Assembly (NCBI GenBank): GCA_902788805.1
Contig: CADALO010000002.1
Location: 66,349 to 130,348, forward strand
Source: an uncultured Bacteroidota bacterium
GTDB taxonomy: Bacteria > Bacteroidota > Bacteroidia > Bacteroidales > P3
Reading direction: 5' to 3'
DNA: 64,000 nucleotides
The notes beneath the pieces are model-generated. The model worked only from the letters and a program-made list of their open reading frames with translations, was not told the origin of the DNA and searched no databases. Positions 1 through 9,561 of this stretch are shown here, piece after piece. The stretch's first letter is position 1, and each line of letters begins with the position of its first letter. A program made the translations under genes and the position numbers.

Positions 1-174
1 GATTGCAGGATCGAGCTCGTCGGGCAGGTTGACCCAGCCAAGGAAGTCGTTGCCCTTTCCGTTGCCGGCAAGCAGGGCCTTCTTGGCAGCCAACACTTCA
101 CCGGCAATCTGCTGCAACTCGGCATCAGTCACATACTGGCGGAGATGTTCGGTATCAATTCTTACTTTATTCAT
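1..174 (-). CDS. pgi: glucose-6-phosphate isomerase, N-terminal 58 codons only (gene continues past left edge)
   Basis: Not in ORF track (open at window edge). Reverse complement from ATG at 174-172 reads MNKVRIDTEHLRQYVTDAELQQIAGEVLAAKKALLAGNGKGNDFLGWVNLPDELDPAI without a stop. The GKGNDFLGW..LP block is the N-terminal signature I recognise from Bacteroidota-type PGI. Confidence 0.7.
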   Translation of the reverse strand, partial: MNKVRIDTEHLRQYVTDAELQQIAGEVLAAKKALLAGNGKGNDFLGWVNLPDELDPAI

Positions 175-222
175 AATTAGTGCTATTTGAATTTGTTACT
201 ATTTCCCTCTCAAAAGAAAGTG

Positions 223-230
223 CAAAGATA
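223..230 (-). promoter_or_regulatory. putative -7 promoter box TATCTTTG for pgi
   Basis: caaagata on + strand = TATCTTTG on - strand, 49 nt upstream of the pgi ATG. Fits the Bacteroides primary-sigma -7 consensus TAnnTTTG. Confidence 0.5.
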
Positions 231-531
231 CACAAAAAACGACATCTGGCAAAATTATTCTTTATTTTATCCACAAAAAAAGCAATAAAATTTGAATTTT
301 TTTTGAAAAAAACGAAACAAAACGCTGTCTTCTAACGTATATATGGCCAGATAGAACAAAAATTTTTTTAGAAAACGGCTGTTGATAACTTTTTTTAACA
401 TTCAAGGATACTGACTGAAAAACAAAACTTTAGACCAAAACATAAACTACAAACAACAAGTGTCGACAGCACCAAACAAAAGAAAAAACCAAAAACAAGA
501 AAAAAAACTTTCGCAATTCCGAAAAATATAG

Positions 532-539
532 TATTTTTG
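532..539 (+). promoter_or_regulatory. putative -7 promoter box TATTTTTG for OmpA-family gene
   Basis: TAnnTTTG match 48 nt upstream of ATG 587, in an AT-rich 410-bp intergenic region. Confidence 0.45.
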
Positions 540-586
540 CAAAGTTATTTATGTGTAATAATAATTCAAAAAAAAATTATAAAATT

Positions 587-1837
587 ATGTTGAAAAAACT
601 ATTTAAAATTGGAATGCTTGCAGGTGCTCTTCTGATTGCTTGCAGCGCAAATGCTCAGGAAAAAGAGTATACTCTGGTTTATCCTCAGTATGGTTTCTGG
701 AGCAACTGGTCCCTCGGCGGTTCTGTACTGTACAGCTGGCAGTACGAGCACGGCGGAATCCTTGACTGGCGCGATGGTAGCAACATCGGTGCAAGTCTGT
801 TCTTCGAGAAAGAGCTGAGCCACATTTGGGCAATGCGTATTGTCGCCCAGACTCCTGGTCTCTATCACGGCTGGGGCGATGACGCTCTTCCTATTGGAGC
901 ATACAACAGAGACGGCATCCGCGGTTACGACCGTTATGGCAAAGCTGGTGTTGACTTCAAGATGAGCTTCCAGGGTCTGTGCAAAGGCTACGATCCTGAC
1001 AGAAGAGGCAACCTCTACCTGTTTGCAGGTGTTGGTGCTACCTTCAGCCGCGACGATGTTGAGCTTGGCTTCATCGGTATGTATATGCAGGGCGGTCTTG
1101 GTTGGAGCTACAAAGTTTGCGATCACTCCACCATCTTCGTTGAGATTTCGGATGACATCGCTGCCGACATCGCCAGCCCGATCCACCAGTGGCACGACAA
1201 CACCGGTATGGTTTCTCTCGGCTATATGTATAACTTCGGTCCTACCCAGTCCGACCTCGACCTCATCGCTCAGCGCGCTATGCTGACCCAGGAGAACTTC
1301 GACAAGTTGAACAACGAAATCGACGGTCTCCGCAACGATCTCCGCGACGCTGCTACCCGCGAGGCTAAACTCAGAAACCGCATCAACGAGCTTGAGGCTA
1401 ACCAGAACGAGACCAACACTCAGATCATCAGAGGTGCTGCTGCCGACAACGGCGTTGCTGACAGCCTCCGCAAGGTCATTGAGGGCTACGAGACCAACAA
1501 GCACAACTTCTACGCTCTGCCGTTCTCAATCCTCTATGACGTAGACCAGTACACTGTTTCTGAGGACCAGATGAACAAGGTCAACGCTATCGCCAAGGTT
1601 ATGAAGGACAACGAAGATGTTAACTTCGAAATCGTTGGTTACTGCGACTACAGCGGTTCAGACGCTTACAACCAGAAACTCTCTGAGAAGCGTGCTGAGT
1701 ACGTGAAGAAACTCCTTGTGAAACGCGGTGTTGCTGAGGATCGCCTCACCACTAACGGCAAGGGCAAGTCGATGAGCTTCGGCGACATCAAGAATGCCAT
1801 CAACCGTCGCGTCTCCTTCTATCGCGTAAACAAATAA
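587..1837 (+). CDS. OmpA-family outer-membrane protein with central coiled coil
   Basis: ORF 551..1837. I moved the start to ATG 587, which gives the signal peptide MLKKLFKIGMLAGALLIACSANAQ. Has a heptad-like segment LNNEIDGLRNDLRDAATREAKLRNRINELEANQ. C-terminal OmpA/peptidoglycan-binding domain (GYCDYSGSDAYNQKLSEKRAEYVKKLL...NRRVSF). Confidence 0.85.
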   Translation: MLKKLFKIGMLAGALLIACSANAQEKEYTLVYPQYGFWSNWSLGGSVLYSWQYEHGGILDWRDGSNIGASLFFEKELSHIWAMRIVAQTPGLYHGWGDDALPIGAYNRDGIRGYDRYGKAGVDFKMSFQGLCKGYDPDRRGNLYLFAGVGATFSRDDVELGFIGMYMQGGLGWSYKVCDHSTIFVEISDDIAADIASPIHQWHDNTGMVSLGYMYNFGPTQSDLDLIAQRAMLTQENFDKLNNEIDGLRNDLRDAATREAKLRNRINELEANQNETNTQIIRGAAADNGVADSLRKVIEGYETNKHNFYALPFSILYDVDQYTVSEDQMNKVNAIAKVMKDNEDVNFEIVGYCDYSGSDAYNQKLSEKRAEYVKKLLVKRGVAEDRLTTNGKGKSMSFGDIKNAINRRVSFYRVNK

Positions 1838-1856
1838 GAGATAATCTCTGACAAAT

Positions 1857-1886
1857 AGAAAAGCCCGCAAATTGCGGGCTTTTTTA
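1857..1886. terminator. bidirectional rho-independent terminator between convergent OmpA-family genes
   Basis: agaaaAGCCCGCaaattGCGGGCTttttt: GC stem flanked by an A-run on one side and a T-run on the other. Lies between stop 1837 (+) and stop 1904 (-). Confidence 0.8.
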
Positions 1887-1903
1887 TTTAATACAAGTTT
1901 AAA

Positions 1904-3082
1904 TTATAAGGAAAGCACCTTGAACTCTACACGGCGATTGTGGGCACGTCCCTCCTCAGTAGCATTGGTGTCGATCGGCATACTCTTGCCAAAGCCATTG
2001 AATTGGAGACGCTTTGCATCGATTCCTTTAGAAATAAGATACTCAACAACAGCTTTGGCGCGGTTCTCAGAAAGGCGCTGGTTGTAATCTATCGAACCGT
2101 GGCCATCAGTATGTCCTCGCACCTCAATCTTCATATTAGGATGCGACTTGAGTATTGCAAGAAGGTTCTGAAGTTCATTATATGACTGTTGCAACAATGT
2201 CGCTTTGTCATAATCGAAGAAAATGTTCTGCAGGACGAATGTGGCACCCACAGCAAATGTATCAGCGGGAGGAGTCGCTTGCTCCTCAACATCAGCCATA
2301 GTATCAACGGATTTAACCTCATTGCACCCCAAGCACACTACTGACACATCATCTATATAGTAATATGCTCCAGGCAGAAGGTAGGTCAATGAATCCAAAT
2401 CTATTACATTCGATTGAGAGGCGGGATAGAAATTACCTATAGTCATAAATCGCTCACCGCCTTTTGCAGTGAAAACTCCACTGACTTGCATCCAGCCCTT
2501 TGTATCTGTAAGGACGCGCTCGTAGTCATTCACCACTTGGGGCTCAAAATAAGAAGACACGGTCTGTGATACACCCTGTCCAAGATGTCTTATCTCTTTA
2601 TTCAGCAATACACTACGGACCGTATCACTCACTCTATCCTCGGTAAACAGGGCACCTATTGTAGCTACAGCACCTGCAGAATACTCCGAGAGGCTGACAT
2701 AGAACGACACTCTGTACATCTCGCCGGCACGAAGTGGCTCGACAAGCTGAGTTTGCAGATATTCTCTATAATCTGTCTTAGAGCAATAAATGCCACAGAA
2801 ACCATTGCCAGAATGCGCATCCTGAACTCCAAGCTTATTCTTGGGTACGCCGCAATCGCGTGAACCACATACATTATAATAGTCCGCCGACCCCGCAGTA
2901 GGCTGATACCAAGCATCAACTATGGTCAGAGTACCAAGTGCATCTATCTTGCGTGGGCACTCTCGATATTCTTCGAACGACGGATTGTATACAAGGTTGG
3001 GGGCCAACTTCGTCCGCGTCTGTGCGTTGACCGCAGCGAAGTAGCACAATGCCACAGATAACAGCATCCACCTTTTCCTCAT
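1904..3082 (-). CDS. OmpA-family protein (N-terminal beta-rich domain plus C-terminal OmpA domain)
   Basis: ORF 1904..3160. Start moved to ATG 3082 (MRKRWMLLSVALCYFAAVNAQ signal peptide), which also removes the overlap with the upstream gene. C-terminal VRGHTDGHGSIDYNQRLSENRAKAVVEYL...NRRVEF. Confidence 0.85.
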   Translation of the reverse strand: MRKRWMLLSVALCYFAAVNAQTRTKLAPNLVYNPSFEEYRECPRKIDALGTLTIVDAWYQPTAGSADYYNVCGSRDCGVPKNKLGVQDAHSGNGFCGIYCSKTDYREYLQTQLVEPLRAGEMYRVSFYVSLSEYSAGAVATIGALFTEDRVSDTVRSVLLNKEIRHLGQGVSQTVSSYFEPQVVNDYERVLTDTKGWMQVSGVFTAKGGERFMTIGNFYPASQSNVIDLDSLTYLLPGAYYYIDDVSVVCLGCNEVKSVDTMADVEEQATPPADTFAVGATFVLQNIFFDYDKATLLQQSYNELQNLLAILKSHPNMKIEVRGHTDGHGSIDYNQRLSENRAKAVVEYLISKGIDAKRLQFNGFGKSMPIDTNATEEGRAHNRRVEFKVLSL

Positions 3083-3083
3083 A

Positions 3084-4220
3084 TTACTTTGTATTATCCA
3101 GTGTTTGCAATAGACTATTCCACAACAAGGTAGCAGTCCTGTCCCACGAGAACAAATCACGACGTACCCTACCCTTTTCTATCAGCGACCGCTTCAATTC
3201 CTCATTACCGGCCACATCCTGCATCGCCTTAGCAATCTCCTCCACCGACAACGGGTCTACAAGAATAGCAGCATCGCCAGCCACCTCGGGCATAGATGTT
3301 ACATTTGACGTAATAACAGCGGTCTCTGCATAAAAGGCCTCGAGTATAGGTATGCCAAAACCTTCGAACAACGATGCATAAACCAACGCTTCGGATGCTC
3401 CCATTAACTGAGCTAAAACATCTGATTCTATGTGTCCTATGAAGCGAACATCCGACTGGTAACGCATATTGTCGTAAGCCTCAGCAAGCTCATCCTGCCA
3501 CCAGTAACGGTTCCCCACAACCAATAGTTGCATCGAATCATAAGGTCGGTTGGCCTTGTATTTGTCAAACGCCAACAATATATTTGTCAAGTTCTTACGA
3601 CGAGAGATTGTACCCACATAAATGAAAAATGGCTTGCCGTCAGTGAACTTCTGCCTGGTTGTTGCCTTCTCCTCTTTGCTGCAAGGGCGATAGAAACTGT
3701 GAGCGCCATCGTATACAACGTCAATCTTCTTGGAATCAATACCATAAGTATTAGAAATATCTTGCTTGGAATATTCCGACACAGTGGCAATCCTTGTCGC
3801 TCTGCGGGCAAACAAAGGGAAGTAGTGCTTCATATAACGCTGATGTGATGGACGCAAATAGTCCACGGCGTGCTCAAAGTTAAGATCGTGAATAACCGTC
3901 AATGTAGGCACCGGTGTGCGCAATGACATCCAACCGTCTGGGGAAAGGAAAAGATCTATCTTTAAGCGACGTAATGCCCTCGTTACGCTCCATTCAAAAA
4001 ACATATACCACAGCAAAGGATGGCGCGCCTGCGGATGAAGCACCACAGGGCGCACATTGTCGGCATAAATGAATTGACTGTCAGGCTTGCGGTCAAAGAA
4101 GAAATAAAACTCGTGCTCGGGATGTGAAAGCACAATACGCTTGAGGGTCTCAGCAGCGAACCATCCGATGCCGTCCAGTCTGTGAGGAAGCAGCAAACGA
4201 GTATTGACAGCTATGCGCAT
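3084..4220 (-). CDS. GT-B glycosyltransferase (family 1/4 type)
   Basis: 378 aa. C-terminal half carries the typical E-x7-E region (ASLFEGFGIPILEAFYAETAVITSNVTSMPEVAGDAAILVDP). Confidence 0.85.
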   Translation of the reverse strand: MRIAVNTRLLLPHRLDGIGWFAAETLKRIVLSHPEHEFYFFFDRKPDSQFIYADNVRPVVLHPQARHPLLWYMFFEWSVTRALRRLKIDLFLSPDGWMSLRTPVPTLTVIHDLNFEHAVDYLRPSHQRYMKHYFPLFARRATRIATVSEYSKQDISNTYGIDSKKIDVVYDGAHSFYRPCSKEEKATTRQKFTDGKPFFIYVGTISRRKNLTNILLAFDKYKANRPYDSMQLLVVGNRYWWQDELAEAYDNMRYQSDVRFIGHIESDVLAQLMGASEALVYASLFEGFGIPILEAFYAETAVITSNVTSMPEVAGDAAILVDPLSVEEIAKAMQDVAGNEELKRSLIEKGRVRRDLFSWDRTATLLWNSLLQTLDNTK

Positions 4221-4227
4221 ATCGTAA

Positions 4228-4821
4228 TTACTGTTTGGGAATAGGTTTATTCAAAACAACAGCTTCTATCACTCTTGGGAAATATTCTTTCTCTAACAGA
4301 TGTATTTTCGCTGCCACATCGTCGGCCGTATCAGCCGGAAGGACTTCGCAACGTGCTTGGAACAAGGTTGTTCCGCAGTCATAGCGATGGTCTACAATAT
4401 GAATCGTGATTCCAGTTTCCTTCTCGTGATTGGCCACCACAGCCTCGTGCACATTGTGACCATACATCCCTTTACCGCCATATTTGGGCAGCAATGCCGG
4501 ATGTATGTTTATAATGCGATTAGGGAATGCTGCCAACAGATTTTCAGGCACCAATAAAAGGAAGCCTGCCAGAATAACATAGTCGATTTCGCGACTTTTA
4601 AGAAAAGTGAGAACATCATCTGTCTCATAGAAGCTATGACGGTTGAAATAGCGAGCTTCAATGCCAAGCTTCTCTGCTCGTGTAGCCACGTATGCATCCC
4701 TTTTATTATAAATGATGACATTAACGTTTACTTCCGGTTTATCAGCAAAGTATTCGCTAATCTGCTGAGCATTGGTCCCGTTTCCAGAGGCAAGTATTGC
4801 TAATTGAATCACTTTAGACAT
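4228..4821 (-). CDS. purN: phosphoribosylglycinamide formyltransferase
   Basis: 197 aa. LAILASGNGTNAQ N-terminus, IINIHPALLPKYGGKGMYG and HxVxxxxDxG-like motifs of PurN. Confidence 0.9.
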   Translation of the reverse strand: MSKVIQLAILASGNGTNAQQISEYFADKPEVNVNVIIYNKRDAYVATRAEKLGIEARYFNRHSFYETDDVLTFLKSREIDYVILAGFLLLVPENLLAAFPNRIINIHPALLPKYGGKGMYGHNVHEAVVANHEKETGITIHIVDHRYDCGTTLFQARCEVLPADTADDVAAKIHLLEKEYFPRVIEAVVLNKPIPKQ

Positions 4822-4900
4822 ATTAAATTGAGTTATATTAGATTCAAAGACAAAAGAAAAATGGTAAAAAAAGTATTCCGATTTTTCTCAAAAGAAAGTG

Positions 4901-4908
4901 CAAATTTA
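4901..4908 (-). promoter_or_regulatory. putative -7 promoter box TAAATTTG for purN
   Basis: caaattta on + strand = TAAATTTG on - strand, 80 nt upstream of purN ATG 4821. Confidence 0.45.
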
Positions 4909-5183
4909 TGAATAATTATTGGATTTTAAGAAAAAAAAGACAAATAAATTATTAAACACTGTGAATCAGTGTTATGCGCCACAATGATTTGCATATTTAT
5001 TTGATTTTCAATATGGTTTTAAAGTGAAAAACCACGAATTTGAAAGGATTTTTTTATCACTCATATAGCATTGTGTCACAAATTGTTAATATATTTAACA
5101 CTGAGAAAGATTAATAAAAGTTGTGTGTATGTGATTTTTTTTTCGTTTCTTTGCAAATTGTTTAATCCAAAAAATTGAGAAAA

Positions 5184-5420
5184 ATGTCTGAAATTGCAAC
5201 TAAAGTAAAAGCTATCATCGTTGATAAGCTTGGTGTCGATGAAAAAGATGTTACTCCAGAAGCTAGTTTCACCAATGACCTCGGAGCCGACTCGCTCGAT
5301 ACCGTTGAGTTAATTATGGAACTTGAGAAAGAGTTCGACATTCAGATCCCCGAAGCTGAAGCTGAGAAGATTGCCACCGTTGGTGACGCTATCTCCTTCA
5401 TCGAGAAGGCTGGAAAATAA
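5184..5420 (+). CDS. acpP: acyl carrier protein
   Basis: ORF 5175..5420 starts at TTG. ATG 5184 gives [18 protein letters not shown]...[19 protein letters not shown], with the DSLD phosphopantetheine site. Confidence 0.95.
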   Translation: MSEIATKVKAIIVDKLGVDEKDVTPEASFTNDLGADSLDTVELIMELEKEFDIQIPEAEAEKIATVGDAISFIEKAGK

Positions 5421-5431
5421 ATGATTCTTCA

Positions 5432-6679
5432 ATGAATCTGAAGAGAGTAGTTGTTACAGGTCTGGGATCACTTACCCCGATAGGTAACGATGTCTCCACA
5501 ATGTGGAGTGCAATGCTTGCCGGAGTAAGTGGTGCCGGACCGATTACTCGCTTTGATTCGACCGACTTCAAGTGCAAAATAGCCTGTGAAGTCAAAGGGT
5601 TTGACCCCCTGAATCATTTTGACAGAAAAGAAAGCAGAAAACTTGATCTTTTCTCACAATATGGTCTTGTAGCCTCAGAAGAAGCTATCAAGGACTCTGG
5701 TTTGACCGACGAAACCATTGACAAAACAAGAGTCGGCGTCATTTGGGGAAGTGGCAACGGAGGAGTGCAGACATTCCAAGATGAGGTGCGCGAATATGAG
5801 CACTCGGGATGCATTCCAAGGTTCAGCCCTTTTTTTTGTACCCGTATGATTGCCAACATCTGCGCCGGACTGATTTCCATCAAACACGGTTTCCGTGGTC
5901 CCAACTACTGCACTGTAGCAGCGTGTGCCTCCTCGGCAATAGCCATCAGCGATGCCTTCAATCTGCTTAGATTGGGCAAAGCCGATGTCATCATTGCCGG
6001 CGGCTCTGAGGCTGCCGTAGTGGAGTGCAGCATCGGTGGCTTCGGCTCTATGCAGGCTCTGTCGTGCCGCAACGACGACCCTGCTACAGCTTCACGTCCG
6101 TTCGACAAAGACCGTGACGGATTTGTCCTTGCCGAAGGTGCAGGCGCACTCGTTCTTGAAGAATTGGAGCACGCCAAAAGACGCGGAGCCAAGATTTATG
6201 CCGAACTGACCGGCTGCGGCCTTTCGGCCGATGCCTACCACATCACCGCATCACACCCCGAGGGACAAGGAGCATACGAGGCTATGAAATATGCCATCGA
6301 GGACTCTGAAATGAAACTCGATGACGTTGACCATATCAACACCCACGGTACGTCGACGCCTATCGGAGACATCTCCGAGCCCAAAGCCATTGCCCGTCTG
6401 TTTGGAGAACACGCAAAGGAAATCAACCTAAACTCCACGAAATCAATGACAGGCCACCTGCTTGGCGCTGCTGGCAGTGTTGAAGCCATCGCAACAATCC
6501 TTGCCATCAAGAATGGCATTATTCCTCCCACGATAAACCATTTCACCGACGACCCGAACATCGAGCCTCTCAATTTCACCTTCAACAAAGCAGTGAAGAG
6601 AGACATTCGTTTCGCACTCAGCAATGCATTTGGATTCGGTGGGCACAACATCAGCCTGGCTTTCCGCAAAGTCGACTAA
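5432..6679 (+). CDS. fabF: beta-ketoacyl-ACP synthase II
   Basis: 415 aa. RVVVTGLGSLTPIGN N-terminus, active-site region VAACASSAIAI, C-terminal NAFGFGGHNISLAF. Directly follows acpP. Confidence 0.95.
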   Translation: MNLKRVVVTGLGSLTPIGNDVSTMWSAMLAGVSGAGPITRFDSTDFKCKIACEVKGFDPLNHFDRKESRKLDLFSQYGLVASEEAIKDSGLTDETIDKTRVGVIWGSGNGGVQTFQDEVREYEHSGCIPRFSPFFCTRMIANICAGLISIKHGFRGPNYCTVAACASSAIAISDAFNLLRLGKADVIIAGGSEAAVVECSIGGFGSMQALSCRNDDPATASRPFDKDRDGFVLAEGAGALVLEELEHAKRRGAKIYAELTGCGLSADAYHITASHPEGQGAYEAMKYAIEDSEMKLDDVDHINTHGTSTPIGDISEPKAIARLFGEHAKEINLNSTKSMTGHLLGAAGSVEAIATILAIKNGIIPPTINHFTDDPNIEPLNFTFNKAVKRDIRFALSNAFGFGGHNISLAFRKVD

Positions 6680-6697
6680 ATCATATACATTACCAAT

Positions 6698-7444
6698 ATG
6701 ATATGGCTTAGGGAACATAAAGGCAACGAGGAATTTTACAAGTTTTTCAAGAATATCTTAGGATTTACGCCTCGCCGCACAGAGATCTATCAGACCGCCT
6801 TCATCCACAAATCGAAGTCTGTCGAGACTCTGCAGGGGCACCGTGTAAACAACGAGCGCTTGGAGTATCTCGGCGATGCTGTTCTGGGTGCTATAGTGGC
6901 CGAATATCTATACAAAAAATTTCCCTATCAAGGCGAAGGATTCCTGACTGAGATGCGCTCAAAAATAGTCAGCCGCGCCAACCTTAACAAACTTGCACAG
7001 AAAATAGGTCTCTCGCAGCTGATAAAATACAACCGCGAACAACAGGGCATCTTCAAATCCATCGACGGCGATGCCTTCGAAGCGCTCGTAGGAGCCATCT
7101 ACCTTGAGAAAGGCTTCAACTTCACGCGCAAGGTTATTGTCGACCGCGTAATCAAGCTGCATCTGGATGTCGAAAGCCTGTCGCATCAGGAGTGGAACTA
7201 CAAGAGCAAACTGATAGACTGGGGACAAAAGAAGAAATACAAAGTATCGTTCGAAGTCATCAAGGTGCTCTACGAAGGCAAAGTCAACGCCAGCCGGCGC
7301 GAATATGAGGTACAGACCCTCATCAACGGCGAACCAGCTGAAACTGCTGTCGAATACTCCATCAAAGCCGCCGAACAGCTTGCCGCCGAAAAGACCTACA
7401 AAAAGTTGGTTGAAGAAGGTAAAATCACGCCTGCCACAGAGTAG
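6698..7444 (+). CDS. rnc: ribonuclease III
   Basis: 248 aa. RNase III signature NERLEYLGDAVLG plus a C-terminal dsRBD-like region. Classic fabF-rnc neighbourhood. Confidence 0.95.
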   Translation: MIWLREHKGNEEFYKFFKNILGFTPRRTEIYQTAFIHKSKSVETLQGHRVNNERLEYLGDAVLGAIVAEYLYKKFPYQGEGFLTEMRSKIVSRANLNKLAQKIGLSQLIKYNREQQGIFKSIDGDAFEALVGAIYLEKGFNFTRKVIVDRVIKLHLDVESLSHQEWNYKSKLIDWGQKKKYKVSFEVIKVLYEGKVNASRREYEVQTLINGEPAETAVEYSIKAAEQLAAEKTYKKLVEEGKITPATE

Positions 7445-7453
7445 CAAACGCCA

Positions 7454-9556
7454 TTAAAAGTGCCAGCGAAGCTGCACTTTCACCTCCTGTTTCTTATTAC
7501 CTGCTATTGCATCATAGCCCGAGCCCACCGACTCCTGTTCCGGGTAGTATGACAATGCATACTTGACCGCAAACGACAACCGACTGCTTATTTCATACCT
7601 GCAAATCAGGTAACTCCTCACGCCACGACCATTGAAAAGCGGTACCGAATACTCATACATCAAGTCGCTCTCGTATGCATAAAGTCTTGCATCATAGTCG
7701 GATATGTCAAACAAAGACAGCCGCAGTCCTACAATCAGAGGATGCTCTTTTATCTCCCTCCGATAACTGACCTCCTGAAATATAAGTGAACCTCTTTCAA
7801 CAGGTTGCCCCTCTTCCTCGAACCAGGAAAACATCACACGCGACACGAAACGCCATCCCGACGGTGCATTGTAGTCCAATGTCGCCTGCACCTGCTGTCG
7901 ATTCACAGACGCCACACTGTATAGCTGCCCTTCTGTGTTCCTTTGAGACGCCTTATAGCGGTATTGACAATCCAACACGGTATTGGTTACCAACTCCTTG
8001 GATAACTTCAACCGATACTCAACGCCCGTCGAAGGACTGTAAATCCGATATCGCATATAGGGATAACGGAAGAAATCGGCATATGACTGAAGATTAATAT
8101 AGAAAGGCAACCGTGTATTGAAAGACAATATCATCCCGGACACATTTCCCACCGAAGAACCCTGCCCTAACATATTGGCATACAGATTTTGATATGTCGG
8201 AGAGCCGTAACGATAAGCCAACGACATCTGACTATTGTCCCCCATCTGAACCTGCATACCGCCAATCGCGGCAAGCGGCAACCAACCCGATTCCGCAACC
8301 AGACTCTTAGATGACTCATTGTAAGACATTGCCGCCTCGCCGAACAAGAAAACACTGCCAGCATTGTATGTAGCGTCAAGGCCATAGTTGAGATTCTGCT
8401 TGCCTCTGAAAGCAAAGCTGTTATATGCATAATCAAAAGGCCTCAGCTCATTGGCAAACAGCGTGGCGTATGCCGTACCGCCAACGACCAGACGGCCGTT
8501 GCCATACTGCAGATGACCGCCGATTAGCTGTTCATTAAGACAATCCTTCTTCGACAGTTCCAACTCAGTCCTATGCAGACCCGACTGATAGATACTCTGA
8601 TACACAGGCTCCGCACCGTCCGAACTATCCGCCGTTGCAAGCGTGGCATCGCGATTGACATAGGAATAAAACAGCGTCATTCCCAGCGTCTTGCCATTGC
8701 CTTTTGGCAGCAGCGACACCGTTGCAGCGGCACCTCTCATATAGCCATACTCGCTGAAAGCACTGGCCGATTTTATGCCCGCGCCATAACGCCGCAGCGA
8801 CATCCCACTCGAAAGCCACGGCGCAAAACCACTCCACAATGTGACGCCCTGACCAAACTGCAGCTGATACTTGCCTACAACAGCCCGCTTCAATCTGCCA
8901 AAGTTCTTCAGCATCAGATGGTAACCATAGCTGTCGAGCCCCATTCGCCTCACGCCGCCGACATTTCCAAAAGCAAGAGCCTCGCCAGCATCATTCTCGC
9001 CAGAAAGCTGGAAGTCAACACGGTCGGAATACCTAAGATTATACTTGAAATAGTAGCGGAACGGCGAACCTTCATACTTCTCCTCCTCATAGCCTCTGCT
9101 CGAGGGCATAACCCGCTTCGTTCCCATAGTCAGCCCACTGCGAGCGTGCCGGAGCATCTGCCACAGTCCAACATCTTCATCCTCAACAGGCTCGGCTTTG
9201 ACAAAATGACGCAACATAGCAACAGCCATCGAATCAAAACCATTGACAAAATACAACTCAGCCAAAGAAGCCATCGGGCCGTTCTGCACAATATACGCCT
9301 TCAGCGACGCGCGCTGGAAATCAGACAGGAACAACAGTTCCTGCAGCAGGTCGGAAGCAGTGTCGTTAAGATTTATAGGGCTTTCGGAAAAATACTGCAA
9401 CTGCTCCAGGTAGTCGTCGGGCACAGTTTCCGAGTCGTTCTGCTCGGCCCACTGTTCAAGCACCTCCTGCCACACGGCATCGTCGTCGGACTGGCCGAAA
9501 GCGACAGCGGCACAAACTATCCAGATGATGAAAAACAGAACGCCCCGACGTGCCAT
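7454..9556 (-). CDS. helix-hairpin-helix (ComEA-like) N-terminal domain fused to a large predicted outer-membrane beta-barrel
   Basis: 700 aa. Signal peptide MARRGVLFFIIWIVCAAVAFGQ. HhH-like segment LLFLSDFQRASLKAYIVQNGPMASLAELYFVNGFD. The rest has alternating beta-strand patterns and ends ...KVQLRWHF (terminal aromatic, typical of OM barrels). Confidence 0.6.
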   Translation of the reverse strand: MARRGVLFFIIWIVCAAVAFGQSDDDAVWQEVLEQWAEQNDSETVPDDYLEQLQYFSESPINLNDTASDLLQELLFLSDFQRASLKAYIVQNGPMASLAELYFVNGFDSMAVAMLRHFVKAEPVEDEDVGLWQMLRHARSGLTMGTKRVMPSSRGYEEEKYEGSPFRYYFKYNLRYSDRVDFQLSGENDAGEALAFGNVGGVRRMGLDSYGYHLMLKNFGRLKRAVVGKYQLQFGQGVTLWSGFAPWLSSGMSLRRYGAGIKSASAFSEYGYMRGAAATVSLLPKGNGKTLGMTLFYSYVNRDATLATADSSDGAEPVYQSIYQSGLHRTELELSKKDCLNEQLIGGHLQYGNGRLVVGGTAYATLFANELRPFDYAYNSFAFRGKQNLNYGLDATYNAGSVFLFGEAAMSYNESSKSLVAESGWLPLAAIGGMQVQMGDNSQMSLAYRYGSPTYQNLYANMLGQGSSVGNVSGMILSFNTRLPFYINLQSYADFFRYPYMRYRIYSPSTGVEYRLKLSKELVTNTVLDCQYRYKASQRNTEGQLYSVASVNRQQVQATLDYNAPSGWRFVSRVMFSWFEEEGQPVERGSLIFQEVSYRREIKEHPLIVGLRLSLFDISDYDARLYAYESDLMYEYSVPLFNGRGVRSYLICRYEISSRLSFAVKYALSYYPEQESVGSGYDAIAGNKKQEVKVQLRWHF

Positions 9557-9561
9557 AACAT

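Noticed and set aside
267-275. A perfect DnaA box TTATCCACA in the AT-rich pgi/OmpA intergenic region, with mnmG (gidA) elsewhere in the window, as a possible oriC.
   Set aside because: I found only one perfect box. There is no cluster of boxes, no dnaA or dnaN nearby, and no adjacent unwinding-element repeats. The evidence is insufficient.
599-1504. Long antisense ORFs opposite confidently assigned genes: 599..1504, 8573..9574, 18736..19521, 19570..20145, 21210..21983, 48721..49650, 52450..53082, 56118..56960 and 61463..62791.
   Set aside because: Each lies fully inside a gene on the other strand that has clear family motifs. Their translations are low-complexity or R/H/C-rich with no recognisable domains. 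These are typical shadow ORFs.
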